This document shows, one piece after another, positions 1 through 9,280 of a DNA stretch of 32,420 bases. Made by a program: the position numbers and the translations under genes. The notes under the pieces are model-generated. The model worked only from the letters and a program-made list of their open reading frames with translations. It made no database searches and was not told where the DNA came from. Numbering within the stretch: position 1 is the first letter of the stretch; each line of letters opens with the position of its first letter. The stretch comes from an uncultured Haloferacaceae archaeon (GTDB lineage Archaea > Halobacteriota > Halobacteria > Halobacteriales > Haloferacaceae), in NCBI GenBank assembly GCA_964567195.1, contig CAZMLQ010000005.1:1-32420 (forward strand), written 5' to 3'.

Positions 1-10
1 AGCGTCCGAC

Positions 11-55
11 GGCGGGCACGCTCGTGCCGGCGGGCACGCTCGTGCCGGCGGGCAC
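11..55. repeat. Perfect 18-bp tandem repeat (ggcgggcacgctcgtgcc), 2.5 copies; each unit contains the palindrome ggcacg-ct-cgtgcc
   Basis: Units at 11-28 and 29-46 are identical, with a partial third copy at 47-55. The repeat lies immediately 3' of the mutL stop codon (60-62 on the minus strand). Confidence 0.9.
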
Positions 56-59
56 CCCC

Positions 60-2255
60 CTACTCCGTCCGCCGGTCGCCGTGGCCGGGGTAGTCGCGCT
101 CGAACCGCTCGGCGAGCTCGTCGTCGTCGACGAGCACGACCGTCGGCCGGCCGTGCGGGCAGGCGTACGGGTTCTCGCAGTCGTCGAGCGCCGCGAGCAG
201 GTCGACGACCGAGCCCTCGGTCAGCGCGGTGTCGCCGGTCACCGACGGGTAGCAGGCCAGGTCGGCCAGCAGGTCGTCGGCGACGGCCTCGACGGTCCGC
301 TCGCCCGCCGCCTCGGTGTCCGCGGCCGCCACCGCCCCGAGCGCGTCGCGCAACAGCGACGGGTCGAGCGTCGCGTCGAACACCGCCGGCACGCTCCGGA
401 CGGTCACCGTGCGCTCGTCCGTCCGGCCGGCGTGAAAGCCAAGCGACGAGAGCGCGTCGGCGTAGGTGTCGAACAGCGCCGCCTCGCGGGCGGTCAGCTC
501 CACCGCGACGGGCTCGGCCAGCGCCTGCGTCGGCGTCTCGCCCGACAGCTCCGCGCGCAGGCGCTCGTAGTTCACCCGCTCGTCGGCCGCGTGCTGGTCG
601 ACCAGCGCCAGCCCGTCCGGCGTCTCCGCCACGAGGTAGGTGTCGTGGAGCTGGCCGAGCAGGCGCATCCGCGGCAGGCGCTCGAACGTCCGCGCCGGCC
701 CCACATCGCCGTCCAGCGTCCGCTGGTCGGTCGCCGCCACCACCCCCGACGGCCGGCCGTCGTCGTCCCCGCTCGCGTCCGCGGGCCCGTCGGGGGCGGT
801 GCCGGCCCCGTCCCCCTCGTCGCCGGCCGGTGTCGGCTCCGGCTCCGGCTCCGGCTCCGGCTCGGGTCGGGTCGCGGTCCTCGTGGCGTCCGCGGGCTCG
901 TCGGGGTCGGCCGTCCCCGCCGGCGTCTCGGCGTCGGTCGGCGTCGACCCGGCGTCGGCGTCCGGCGCGGCCGGGCCGACGGGCTCGTCGGACTGGAACC
1001 GCCGGGGGCTGGGACGGGACGCGGGCTCGTCGGCGGTCGCGGGGTCCGCCGTCGTGTCCCCGTCGTCGGTCTCCGCGGCGCGGTCGGCGGCCGCGCGCTC
1101 GTGGACGGTGCCCGCGCCGCCGACCGCCTCGTCCGTCGGCTCCTCGGGCTCGACGGGCGTCTCGTCGGGCGCGCCCCGGCCGCGCGGAGCGGTCGATCTG
1201 ACCAGCCCGTGCTCGAGCAGCGCCCCCCGGACCGCCGACTCGACGGCCGTCCGGACCGCCGGCTCGTCGTCGAAGCGCACCTCGGTCTTGCGCGGGTGGA
1301 CGTTCGCGTCGACCGCGGCCGGATCGACGTCGACGAACAGGACGGCGAACGGGTAGCGGTCGGTCGCCAGCTGTCCCCCGTAGGCGTCGAGGACGGGCGT
1401 CCGCAGCGTCGCCGCGGGCACGTACCGGCCGTTGACGAACGTGGCGAGATACTCGCGCGTGCTCCGGCTGGTCTCGGGGTGCGAGACCAGCCCCCGGACC
1501 CCGCGGACCGGCCCCTCGCCGTCCCCGGCCGCGTCCACCCGGACCATCGACTCGGCCACCTCCCGGCCGTAGGCGGCCAGCACCGCCGCCTCCAGGTCGC
1601 CGCGGCCGTCGGTGGCGAACACCTCGTGGCCGTCGTGCTCGAGCGAGACCGCCACGTCCGGGTTCGCGAGCGCGTACTGTGTCACCACGCTACCGACGTG
1701 GTCGAACTCGGTCGCCGTCGTGCCCAGGAACTCCCGGCGGGCGGGCGTCCGGTCGAACAGCCCCTCGACCTCGACGACTGTGCCCGGCGGACAGCCGACG
1801 GGGCTGGGCTCGTCCGTGTCCCCGTAGGTGACGGTCAGCTCGTGGCCGTGGGCGGCGTCGGGCGGGCGACTCCGGATCGTCGTCCGCGAGACGGCGCCGA
1901 TCGTGTACAGCGCCTCGCCCCGGAAGCCGAGCGTCGCGAGCCCGGCGAGGTCGTCGGCGTCGTCGATCTTCGAGGTGGTGTGTTCCTCGACCGCGATCGC
2001 GAGTTCGGCCGCCGTCATCCCGCCGCCGTCGTCGCGCACCCGGATCCCGTCGGTCCCGCCGGCCTCGACCCCGACGGCGATCCGCCCCGCGCCGGCGTCG
2101 AGCGCGTTCTCGACGAGCTCTTTCACCACGCTGGCCGGACGCTCGACCACCTCGCCGGCCGCGATCCGGCGGACGGTCGCGTCGTCGAGCGCGTGGATCG
2201 ACGGCTCGTCGCCGTCGGTCACCGACACCACCCCCGACCGGTCGCTCGGTCGCAC
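60..2255 (-). CDS. mutL: DNA mismatch repair protein MutL (endonuclease-type)
   Basis: The N-terminus has the GHKL ATPase motifs ([25 protein letters not shown]). The C-terminus has the endonuclease motif [12 protein letters not shown] (DQHAx2Ex4E) and CPHGRP. A long acidic, Pro-rich linker separates them. The start at 2255 is a GTG, so the exact start is uncertain. Confidence 0.93.
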   Translation of the reverse strand: MRPSDRSGVVSVTDGDEPSIHALDDATVRRIAAGEVVERPASVVKELVENALDAGAGRIAVGVEAGGTDGIRVRDDGGGMTAAELAIAVEEHTTSKIDDADDLAGLATLGFRGEALYTIGAVSRTTIRSRPPDAAHGHELTVTYGDTDEPSPVGCPPGTVVEVEGLFDRTPARREFLGTTATEFDHVGSVVTQYALANPDVAVSLEHDGHEVFATDGRGDLEAAVLAAYGREVAESMVRVDAAGDGEGPVRGVRGLVSHPETSRSTREYLATFVNGRYVPAATLRTPVLDAYGGQLATDRYPFAVLFVDVDPAAVDANVHPRKTEVRFDDEPAVRTAVESAVRGALLEHGLVRSTAPRGRGAPDETPVEPEEPTDEAVGGAGTVHERAAADRAAETDDGDTTADPATADEPASRPSPRRFQSDEPVGPAAPDADAGSTPTDAETPAGTADPDEPADATRTATRPEPEPEPEPEPTPAGDEGDGAGTAPDGPADASGDDDGRPSGVVAATDQRTLDGDVGPARTFERLPRMRLLGQLHDTYLVAETPDGLALVDQHAADERVNYERLRAELSGETPTQALAEPVAVELTAREAALFDTYADALSSLGFHAGRTDERTVTVRSVPAVFDATLDPSLLRDALGAVAAADTEAAGERTVEAVADDLLADLACYPSVTGDTALTEGSVVDLLAALDDCENPYACPHGRPTVVLVDDDELAERFERDYPGHGDRRTE
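835..864. repeat. Hexanucleotide microsatellite (GGCTCC)x4 plus one imperfect unit, inside the mutL linker
   Basis: Read directly: ggctcc x4 then ggctcg. On the minus strand it encodes the (PE)n run [10 protein letters not shown] of the MutL interdomain linker. Confidence 0.9.
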
Positions 2256-2316
2256 ATACCCGCCGAAGGGACGAGCGGGGTATGAATCCCGCGTCGACGC
2301 CCGCGCCGGCCCGTCG

Positions 2317-3510
2317 CTACTCGCCGCCGGCCGCGCCGGTCCCGTCGCCGGCGTGGACCCCGCGGTCCGAGAGCGGGTCGCGCTCGCGGCGCTCGACGGC
2401 GTCGCGGCCGAGCCAGTGACAGGCGACCTCGTGGTCGGCGGTCGAGACGGCGCTCTCGTCGGGATCGGCCATCCCCGCGACGCTCGCGGGCGGATCGATC
2501 GTCCCGTCGGCGCCCGCGGCGGGCTCGAGCTCGGGGTCCTCGCGCTCGCAGACGTCGCCGATGTACTCGGGACAGCGGGTGTGGAACCGACAGCCCGACG
2601 GGGGGTCGATCGGGCTCGGCGGGTTGCCCTCGAGGAGCGCGCCCTGGCGACCGCCCCGGCCCTCGACGCTCGGGATCGAGTGCAACAGCGACCGCGTGTA
2701 GGGATGCTGGGGGCGCTCGAAGATGTCCTCGGCGGCGCCGGTCTCGACGATCCGGCCGAGATACATCACCGCCACCCGGTCGGAGATGTGTTTCACCACC
2801 GAGAGGTCGTGGGCGATGAACAGGTACGAGAGCTCGTACTCGGACTGGAGGCGCTTCATCAGGTTGATGATCTGGGCCTGGACCGAGACGTCGAGCGCGC
2901 TGACCGGCTCGTCGGCCACGATCAGGTTGGGCTCGACCGCGAGCGCGCGGGCGACGCCGATCCGCTGGCGCTGGCCCCCGGAGAACTCGTGGGGGTAGCG
3001 GTTGAGGTGTGACTCCTTCAGCCCCACCTCGCGGAACAGCTCGATCACCCGCTCGCGCTTCTCCTCGCCCGTGGCGATGTCGTGGACCTCCATCGGCCTG
3101 GCGACGATCTCGCGCGCCGTCTTCCGGGGGTTCAGCGAGGAGAGGGGGTCCTGGAAGATCACCTGTACCTGCTTGCGAAGCTGTTTCAGCCGGTCGCCCG
3201 AGGCGTCGGTCACGTCCTCGCCGTCGAAGACGATCCGCCCGCCGGTCGGGTCGTACAGCCGCGAGAGCACGCGCCCGAGCGTCGTCTTGCCACAGCCGGA
3301 CTCGCCGACCAGGCCGACGGTCTCCTCGCGTCCGACGGAGATGTCGACCCCGTCGACCGCACGGACGTCGCCGCCGCCGCCGAGCAGGCGGTCGAAAAAG
3401 CCCGTCTCGGTTGCGAAGTACTTGCGCACGTCGGTCGCCTCGAGCAGCGGATCGTCCCCCGCCGCGCTCGATCGCTCGGCCGCCTCGGTCGTGCCGTCGG
3501 TCGAACTCAT
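2317..3510 (-). CDS. Oligopeptide/dipeptide ABC transporter ATP-binding protein (OppF/DppF-like)
   Basis: Walker [13 protein letters not shown] signature FSGGQRQR and Walker [13 protein letters not shown] are present, along with the C-terminal Cys-rich oligopeptide-transporter extension (GCRFHTRCP...C...C). The ATG start overlaps the upstream gene's stop (ATGA at 3507-3510). Confidence 0.93.
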   Translation of the reverse strand: MSSTDGTTEAAERSSAAGDDPLLEATDVRKYFATETGFFDRLLGGGGDVRAVDGVDISVGREETVGLVGESGCGKTTLGRVLSRLYDPTGGRIVFDGEDVTDASGDRLKQLRKQVQVIFQDPLSSLNPRKTAREIVARPMEVHDIATGEEKRERVIELFREVGLKESHLNRYPHEFSGGQRQRIGVARALAVEPNLIVADEPVSALDVSVQAQIINLMKRLQSEYELSYLFIAHDLSVVKHISDRVAVMYLGRIVETGAAEDIFERPQHPYTRSLLHSIPSVEGRGGRQGALLEGNPPSPIDPPSGCRFHTRCPEYIGDVCEREDPELEPAAGADGTIDPPASVAGMADPDESAVSTADHEVACHWLGRDAVERRERDPLSDRGVHAGDGTGAAGGE

Positions 3511-4685
3511 CTGTGACCTCCCGCGTTCGTCCCGCCGTCCGCGACCCGTCTGGTCTCCGCGTCCGCCGGCACCGCCTCGCCGTTCGCGCGCTCGCGCAGC
3601 GAGGCGACCGCGCCGTCACCGACCGCCGTCGCGTGGCCCGACTCGTCGGTCTCGACGTGCTCGTTGTGCAGGTGACACCGGGCGACGTGGCCGTCGGGAC
3701 CGACGGGGTACTCGACCAGCGGCTCGTCACAGACCTCGAAGGCGTACCCACAGCGCTCCTGGAACGGACAGCCCGGCGGCTTGTCGCTCAGGTCGGGCAC
3801 CGTCCCCTCGATCACGTCGAGCCACTCGCGGTCGTCGCCGATCCGGGGGATGCTCCGCAACAGCCCCTCGGTGTAGGGGTGACGCGGGTTCTCGAACAGC
3901 GGCCCGACCGGCGCCCGCTCCATCAGCTCCGCGGCGTACATCACCGCCACCCGGTCGGAGGTCTCGCGGATCACCGCGAGGTCGTGGGTGATCAGAAGCA
4001 CCGAGACGCCGAACTCGTCGCGCAGCGACATCAGCTCCTCGAGGATCTGGGCCTCGATGCTGACGTCGAGCGCGGTCGTCGGCTCGTCGGCGATGATCAG
4101 ATCGGGGTCGGCCGCCAGAGCCTGCGCGATCATCACCCGCTGGCGCATCCCGCCCGACAGCTGGTGGGGGTACTCGCCCGCGCGCTGTTCGGGGTCGGGG
4201 ATGCCGACGGTCTCGAGCAGGTCGACCGCCTGGCGCCAGGACTCGCTGTCCCTGTCGGCGCCGGTGACGTACTTGCGGCTCATCTCGGCCCAGAAGCCGG
4301 CCGACTCGCCGGTGTCGCCGTGGTGGCGGATCACCTCGGCGATCTGCTCGCCGACGCTGAGCACCGGGTTGAGGCTGTTCATCGGGTCCTGGAAGATCAT
4401 GCTGATCTGTCCGCCCCGGATCTCGCGCATCTCGGCCTCGGTCAGGTTGAGCAGGTCCTGGCCCCGGAACCGGATCGCGTCGGCCTCGACGGTCGCGTTC
4501 GAGTCGAGCAGCCGCATGATCGACCGGGCGGTGACGCTCTTTCCCGAGCCGGACTCGCCGACCAGCCCGAAGATCTCGCCCGGCCGGATGTCGAACGAGA
4601 TGCCGTCGACCGCGGTCAGATCGCCGCGCTCGGTCGAGAAGCTGGTCCGCAGGTTCTCGACCTCGAGGAGCGGCTCGGCGCTCAT
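3507..4685 (-). CDS. Oligopeptide/dipeptide ABC transporter ATP-binding protein (OppD/DppD-like)
   Basis: Walker A GESGSGKS, signature LSGGMRQR, Walker B LIIADEPTTALD and the C-terminal GCPFQERC motif are present. An ATGA overlap links it to the permease stop at 4682-4685. Confidence 0.93.
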   Translation of the reverse strand: MSAEPLLEVENLRTSFSTERGDLTAVDGISFDIRPGEIFGLVGESGSGKSVTARSIMRLLDSNATVEADAIRFRGQDLLNLTEAEMREIRGGQISMIFQDPMNSLNPVLSVGEQIAEVIRHHGDTGESAGFWAEMSRKYVTGADRDSESWRQAVDLLETVGIPDPEQRAGEYPHQLSGGMRQRVMIAQALAADPDLIIADEPTTALDVSIEAQILEELMSLRDEFGVSVLLITHDLAVIRETSDRVAVMYAAELMERAPVGPLFENPRHPYTEGLLRSIPRIGDDREWLDVIEGTVPDLSDKPPGCPFQERCGYAFEVCDEPLVEYPVGPDGHVARCHLHNEHVETDESGHATAVGDGAVASLRERANGEAVPADAETRRVADGGTNAGGHR

Positions 4686-5599
4686 GCGCCCGCGTCCTCC
4701 TTGACGTCGAAGGCGTCACGCAGGGCGTCACCGAAGAGGTTGATCCCCAGCACGACGATCATGATCATGATCCCGGGGACGACCGAGATCCACCACGCCT
4801 GGGTGATGAAGTTGCGGCCCTGTCCGAGCAACGCGCCCCACGTCGGGGTGGTGGGTTTGACCCCCAGCCCGAGGAAGGAGAGCGTCGCCTCGGCGAGCAT
4901 CGCCCGCGCGACCAGCACGGTGAACTGGACGATCAGCGGCGCGACGGTGTTTGGCAACACCTCCTCGAAGATGATCTCGACGTTGCTCAGCCCGACCCCC
5001 TCGGCGGCGAGGATGTACTCGTCCTCGCGCACCGAGAGGGTCTCCCCGCGGGTGATCCGGGCGAAGTCGTCGATGTAGGCGAAGCCGACGGCGAAGATCA
5101 CGTTCCACAGCCCCTGGCCGAAGATGGCCACGAGCATGATCGCGATCAGCAGCCACGGGAACGCCCACATGACGTCGACCGCACGCATCAACACGTCGTC
5201 GACCAGCCCGCCGAAGTAGCCCGCGAACAGGCCGATGAGGATGCCGACGGTCGCGCCGAACGTGACCGCCCCCAGCCCGACGAGCAGGCTGATCCGGGCG
5301 CCGAACATCAGCCGCGAGAGCATGTCGCGGCCGAACGAGTCGGTCCCCAGCGGGGTACTCGAGGCCAGGTCCGGCGGCTGGAGCAGGCCGAACTCCTGGG
5401 CCATCGGGTCGTGGGGCGCGAGTTCGGGCGCGAAGATCGCCGCCAACACCGTCGCGACGATGATCGTCAGGCCGACCTTCGCCTTCAGGTCGCGGCTGAT
5501 CGTCCGACCGAGCCGTTCGAGCAGGTCGGTCCGCACCCCGAACAGCCGCGCGCGATCCGTCTCGCCCGAGAACACGCCGAGTATGGAGAGTATGCTCAT
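4682..5599 (-). CDS. ABC transporter permease (DppC/OppC-like)
   Basis: Multi-pass hydrophobic protein with the BPD_transp_1-type EAA loop region (AAEGVGLSNVEIIFEEVLPN). It sits in the operon between the DppB-like permease and the ATPases. Confidence 0.9.
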   Translation of the reverse strand: MSILSILGVFSGETDRARLFGVRTDLLERLGRTISRDLKAKVGLTIIVATVLAAIFAPELAPHDPMAQEFGLLQPPDLASSTPLGTDSFGRDMLSRLMFGARISLLVGLGAVTFGATVGILIGLFAGYFGGLVDDVLMRAVDVMWAFPWLLIAIMLVAIFGQGLWNVIFAVGFAYIDDFARITRGETLSVREDEYILAAEGVGLSNVEIIFEEVLPNTVAPLIVQFTVLVARAMLAEATLSFLGLGVKPTTPTWGALLGQGRNFITQAWWISVVPGIMIMIVVLGINLFGDALRDAFDVKEDAGA

Positions 5600-5602
5600 G
5601 GG

Positions 5603-6562
5603 TCAGTCACCACCGCCGTACTTGATCCGCGGGTTGATCACCGTGTACAGCACGTCCACCACCAGGTTCACCAGCACGAAGACGAACGAGATCAGGATCA
5701 CCGTCCCCTGGACGACGGGGAAGTCCCGTCGGTTGATCGAGCCGATCAGGAGTCGGCCCATCCCCCGCACGCCGAAGACGATCTCGACCGCCACCACGCC
5801 CGCCAGCACGACCGCGAAGAGGATGCCCGTGTAGGTCACGACCGGGATCATCGCGTTCTGGACCCCGTGTTTGAACAGGACGAGGCGCTCGTCGAGCCCC
5901 TTCGCCCGCGCGGTCGTCATGTAGTCCTCGCTCAACACCTCCAGCATCGACGATCTGACCATCCGCATCAGCAGGCCGCCGTTGGGGAGCGCAACCGCGA
6001 GCGAGGGCAGGATCACCGACGCCAGCCACGGCCCCACCCCCTGGCCGAGCGACGTGTAGCCAAACGTCGGGATCGCCTCGAAGCGCACGCCCACGAGCAG
6101 GATCAGGATGATGCCGATCCAGAAGCCGGGCATGCTGATGCCGAAGAAGGCGATCACCGTCGAGGCGTAGTCCTCGGCCGTGTACCGGCGGACGGCGCTG
6201 ACGATCCCCGTCGGCAGCGCGATGCCGAACGCGAGGATCATCCCGACCGCGGCGATGCTCACCGTCGGCTCCGCGACCCCGACGATCAGCGAGAACACCG
6301 GCTCGCCGCTGAGGATCGAGTCGCCGAAGTCGCCCTGGAAGATCTGTGCGAGCCACCGGACGTACTGGACGTAGACCGGCTGGTTCAGCCCGAGTTCCTG
6401 CCGGAGCGCCTGTCTCGCCTCCGGGCTCGCCTCGCCACCCAGCATCAGCCGGACGGGATCGCCCGGGATGGCGCGCACGGCGAGGAAGACGATCGTTGCG
6501 ACGAAATAGACCACGAAGAACGAGTGAGCAACCCGCTTCGCGATGTAGCGCTGCATCCCCAT
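5603..6562 (-). CDS. ABC transporter permease (DppB/OppB-like)
   Basis: The N-terminus MQRYIAKRV...PGDPV is typical of DppB/OppB permeases, and the core loop is TARAKGLDERLVLFKHGVQNA. There is a 3-nt gap to the next permease. Confidence 0.9.
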   Translation of the reverse strand: MGMQRYIAKRVAHSFFVVYFVATIVFLAVRAIPGDPVRLMLGGEASPEARQALRQELGLNQPVYVQYVRWLAQIFQGDFGDSILSGEPVFSLIVGVAEPTVSIAAVGMILAFGIALPTGIVSAVRRYTAEDYASTVIAFFGISMPGFWIGIILILLVGVRFEAIPTFGYTSLGQGVGPWLASVILPSLAVALPNGGLLMRMVRSSMLEVLSEDYMTTARAKGLDERLVLFKHGVQNAMIPVVTYTGILFAVVLAGVVAVEIVFGVRGMGRLLIGSINRRDFPVVQGTVILISFVFVLVNLVVDVLYTVINPRIKYGGGD

Positions 6563-6628
6563 CGTTAGACGTTATCGCGTGACACAATCGGGGTATTTGA
6601 TTCTGTCGGAGCCGGGAGGACGAGCGCC

Positions 6629-8407
6629 CTAGCCGTCCAGCCGGGCCGAGTGGAAGTTGCTCAGACCGGCCTGGGTGCCGACGCCGTTCAGGTCCGAGGC
6701 GATCACCTTGGGCTTGAGCGGGAAGACCGTCATCCCGTAGGGCGCCTGTTCGACGAAGACTTCGTTGGCCGTCCTGATGTGCTCGGTGCGCTCGTCGAGG
6801 TTGGGCGTTGTCTTGCCCGCCTCGATGGCCTCGTCGTACTCCTCGTTGAGCCACATGTTCTTCGTCCAGGCGCCCCGGCCGATGTCGGGGTCGGGCGAGC
6901 CCAGCTGCTTGTAGTGAGACATCCACGGGTCGATGTCGGCCGAGCCGCCGTAGGTGCTCATCAGCGTGTCGTACCGGTAGATGCGGTCCCAGTACGAGGA
7001 CTGTTGCTGGATCGACAGCTCGATCTCGACGCCGATCTCGCTCCACTGTTGCTGGATCACGGTGACCTCGCGCTCGTCCTCGGGCAGCGCGAGCATCGTC
7101 CCCTCGATCCGGGGCTCACCGGTGAAGCCGGCCTCGTCGAGCAGCTCCTCCGCCCGCTCGGGATCGTAGTACTGGCCCGGCTCGGGCTCCTCGCCGCCCA
7201 GCCCCTCGTACACCCAGCCGATCGCGGGATTGTACAGCGTATGCGCCGGCACGGCGTAGCCGAAGTAGGCGTTCTGTGCGACCGCCTCGCGGTCGATCGC
7301 CATCGCCAGCGCCTTGCGGACCTTCGTGTTCGACGTCGGCAGGTCGGTGTTTGACCACTTGTCGGTGATCTCGTCGAAGCCGCTGGCGTAGCGCGCGCCC
7401 TCGGGGTACTCCGACGGATCGTTCGCGAGAAACGAGATACACGACCAGTCGCCGGAGCTGGAGGTGACGACGTCCAGCCCCGACATGTTCTCGGCCTGCT
7501 GGGCGAAGCTGCCCGTGATCTGGCTGGTGTATTTCACCGATCCCGACTGGGCCGCCGACCACATCGTGCTCGGCTCGGGGATCAGGTTGATGTTCACCTG
7601 GTCGAGGTACGGCAGCGAGTTGCCGTCCGAGTCGGTCTCCCAGTAGTCGTCGTGGGCGGTCAGGGTCAGCGACTCGCCCTGCTCGCGGCTCTCGAGCTGG
7701 AAGGGGCCGCTCCCGATCGGCATCTGGTTGTACTGATCGGGGTTTGCCTCGGCCTCCTCGGCGTGGACGATGGTGCCGGCCCGGCCCGGCCCGCGGGTCA
7801 TGAACGCGATGAACGGCGCGACCGGCTCCGAGAGGTTGATCGTCAGCTCCGTCGCCCCGTCGGTCTCGATCGAGTCGATCGCGGTGACCTTGCCCTTGTG
7901 CTCGGAGGCGTCGAAGTTGCGCAGCCGGTTCAGCGAGGCCTTCACCGCCTCGGCGTCCAGCGTGTCACCGTTGTGGAAGGTCGCGCCCTCGTGGAGCGTG
8001 AAGACGTACGTCGAGCTGTCGGGCAGCTCCCAGTCTTTCGCCAGATCGCCGACGATCTGGTTGTTCTCGTCCAGCTTGACCAGCCCGTTGAACAGGTTGG
8101 AGTGGACCGCGATCTGGGTGCCCTTGTCGACCCGGTGGGGGTCAAGGAACTCGATCGTGTCGGTCAGCCAGCCGACCGTGATCTCCCCGCCGGTCGAGCC
8201 GCCCGAGGAGGAGTAGTCGCTCGACATCTCGGTGTCGGTCGCGGCGTCGGTGCTCCCGCCGCCACCGCCGCCGCTGTCGGTCGTCTCGCCGCCGCCACCC
8301 GAGCAGCCGGCCAGCCCCGCTGCCATGCCGGCGGCCCCGAACAGCTTCATCGTTGTGCGACGGTCGATCGTCGGCCCCTCCAGGTCTTCCCTGTCTATCC
8401 CTGGCAT
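6629..8407 (-). CDS. ABC transporter substrate-binding lipoprotein, family 5 (peptide/nickel type), Tat-exported
   Basis: A twin-arginine motif (IDRRTTMKLFG) is followed by the lipobox LAGC and a Gly/Ser/Thr/Asp linker, then an SBP_bac_5-like body. I chose the ATG at 8407; the track start at 8425 is a GTG six codons upstream. Confidence 0.9.
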   Translation of the reverse strand: MPGIDREDLEGPTIDRRTTMKLFGAAGMAAGLAGCSGGGGETTDSGGGGGGSTDAATDTEMSSDYSSSGGSTGGEITVGWLTDTIEFLDPHRVDKGTQIAVHSNLFNGLVKLDENNQIVGDLAKDWELPDSSTYVFTLHEGATFHNGDTLDAEAVKASLNRLRNFDASEHKGKVTAIDSIETDGATELTINLSEPVAPFIAFMTRGPGRAGTIVHAEEAEANPDQYNQMPIGSGPFQLESREQGESLTLTAHDDYWETDSDGNSLPYLDQVNINLIPEPSTMWSAAQSGSVKYTSQITGSFAQQAENMSGLDVVTSSSGDWSCISFLANDPSEYPEGARYASGFDEITDKWSNTDLPTSNTKVRKALAMAIDREAVAQNAYFGYAVPAHTLYNPAIGWVYEGLGGEEPEPGQYYDPERAEELLDEAGFTGEPRIEGTMLALPEDEREVTVIQQQWSEIGVEIELSIQQQSSYWDRIYRYDTLMSTYGGSADIDPWMSHYKQLGSPDPDIGRGAWTKNMWLNEEYDEAIEAGKTTPNLDERTEHIRTANEVFVEQAPYGMTVFPLKPKVIASDLNGVGTQAGLSNFHSARLDG

Positions 8408-8435
8408 ACAGAGACCGAGCGCCACCTCGCGTAAG

Positions 8436-8490
8436 AGGGTTGTCCCATGTATGTTTGGGTCGCGGCCGCGATCCGGCGCGACACAACCCT
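8436..8490. promoter_or_regulatory. 8-bp perfect inverted repeat (agggttgt ... acaaccct) bracketing the divergent SBP / HTH_10 intergenic region
   Basis: agggttgt at 8436-8443 and acaaccct at 8483-8490, both read directly. A TATA-like cttagg at 8489-8494 lies about 30 nt upstream of the regulator ATG (8522). Confidence 0.35.
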
Positions 8491-8521
8491 TAGGTCCGCG
8501 GTGCGTGTACCCGTGTCACAG

Positions 8522-9280
8522 ATGTCCGACGACACCGTGCGCGAGACGGTCCTCGGGGTTCGTCACGTCGGCTGTCCGGTCTCTGACATCAGCGCACGCC
8601 GGCCGTCGGCCCGGCTCCAGTACCTCTCGCGACTCGACGCCGCGGAGGGCGACAGCCGCCGGCTGCTCTCGGTCCGGGCGACCGAGCCCGACGCGGTCGT
8701 CGAGTCGCTGGCGGCCCACGACCGTCTCGTTGCCCTCTCGCCCGTCTCCGAGCACGGCTCGGGCGGGCTCTACTGCTCGATCGATGTCGAGTACAGCTCC
8801 GACAACCCGAGCGTCTCGCGGATCACCCGCCGTCACGGCTGCTACCAACACCCCGTCGTGACCATCGACGGCGGGATCGAGCGCTGGACGCTCTACACCC
8901 GCGGCAAGTCGAAGCTCGCGGACGTCGTCGAGGAGATCCGCGCCCACGACAACCGGGTCGAGGTGGTCCGCACGACCGAGGCCATCTCGACCGACCCCGT
9001 CGCCCGCGGGCTCGACGTCGACGCGCTCCGGGCGGAGCTGACCCCGCGCCAGCGGGACGCGCTCGGCGCCGCCCTCTCGCTCGGCCGCTACGACCGCGGG
9101 CGCGACGCCACCGTCGCCGACGTGGCCGACCGCCTCGGCGTCCACGAGACGACCGCCTGGGAGCATCTCGACAAGGCCGAGAGCCGCGTGCTCGGCGCCG
9201 TCGCCGCCGAACTCGTCGGCGAGAACACCGTCGAGGGCGGCGAGACCGGGGCCGAGTCCGGCCCCGCGACGGGCGACTAG
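8522..9280 (+). CDS. HTH_10 (bacterio-opsin-activator-type) DNA-binding transcription regulator
   Basis: The C-terminal HTH_10 signature is LTPRQRDALGAALSLGRYDRGRDATVADVADRLGVHETTAWEHLDKAESRV. I trimmed the start to the ATG at 8522 (MSDDTVRE), because the 25 upstream codons of the track ORF run into the promoter region. Confidence 0.85.
   Translation: MSDDTVRETVLGVRHVGCPVSDISARRPSARLQYLSRLDAAEGDSRRLLSVRATEPDAVVESLAAHDRLVALSPVSEHGSGGLYCSIDVEYSSDNPSVSRITRRHGCYQHPVVTIDGGIERWTLYTRGKSKLADVVEEIRAHDNRVEVVRTTEAISTDPVARGLDVDALRAELTPRQRDALGAALSLGRYDRGRDATVADVADRLGVHETTAWEHLDKAESRVLGAVAAELVGENTVEGGETGAESGPATGD

Noticed and set aside
24-2285. 753-aa plus-strand ORF covering the whole mutL locus
   Set aside because: It is R/G/V/P-rich with no motifs, and it is the antisense shadow of a motif-rich MutL gene.
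6563-6628. Internal promoter or ncRNA in the relatively A/T-richer 66-nt spacer between the binding-protein and permease genes
   Set aside because: The spacer contains A/T-rich words (minus strand atcaaatac, gataacg), but their spacing to the permease ATG is ambiguous and I recognised no conserved structure. It is most simply an intercistronic spacer of the operon.
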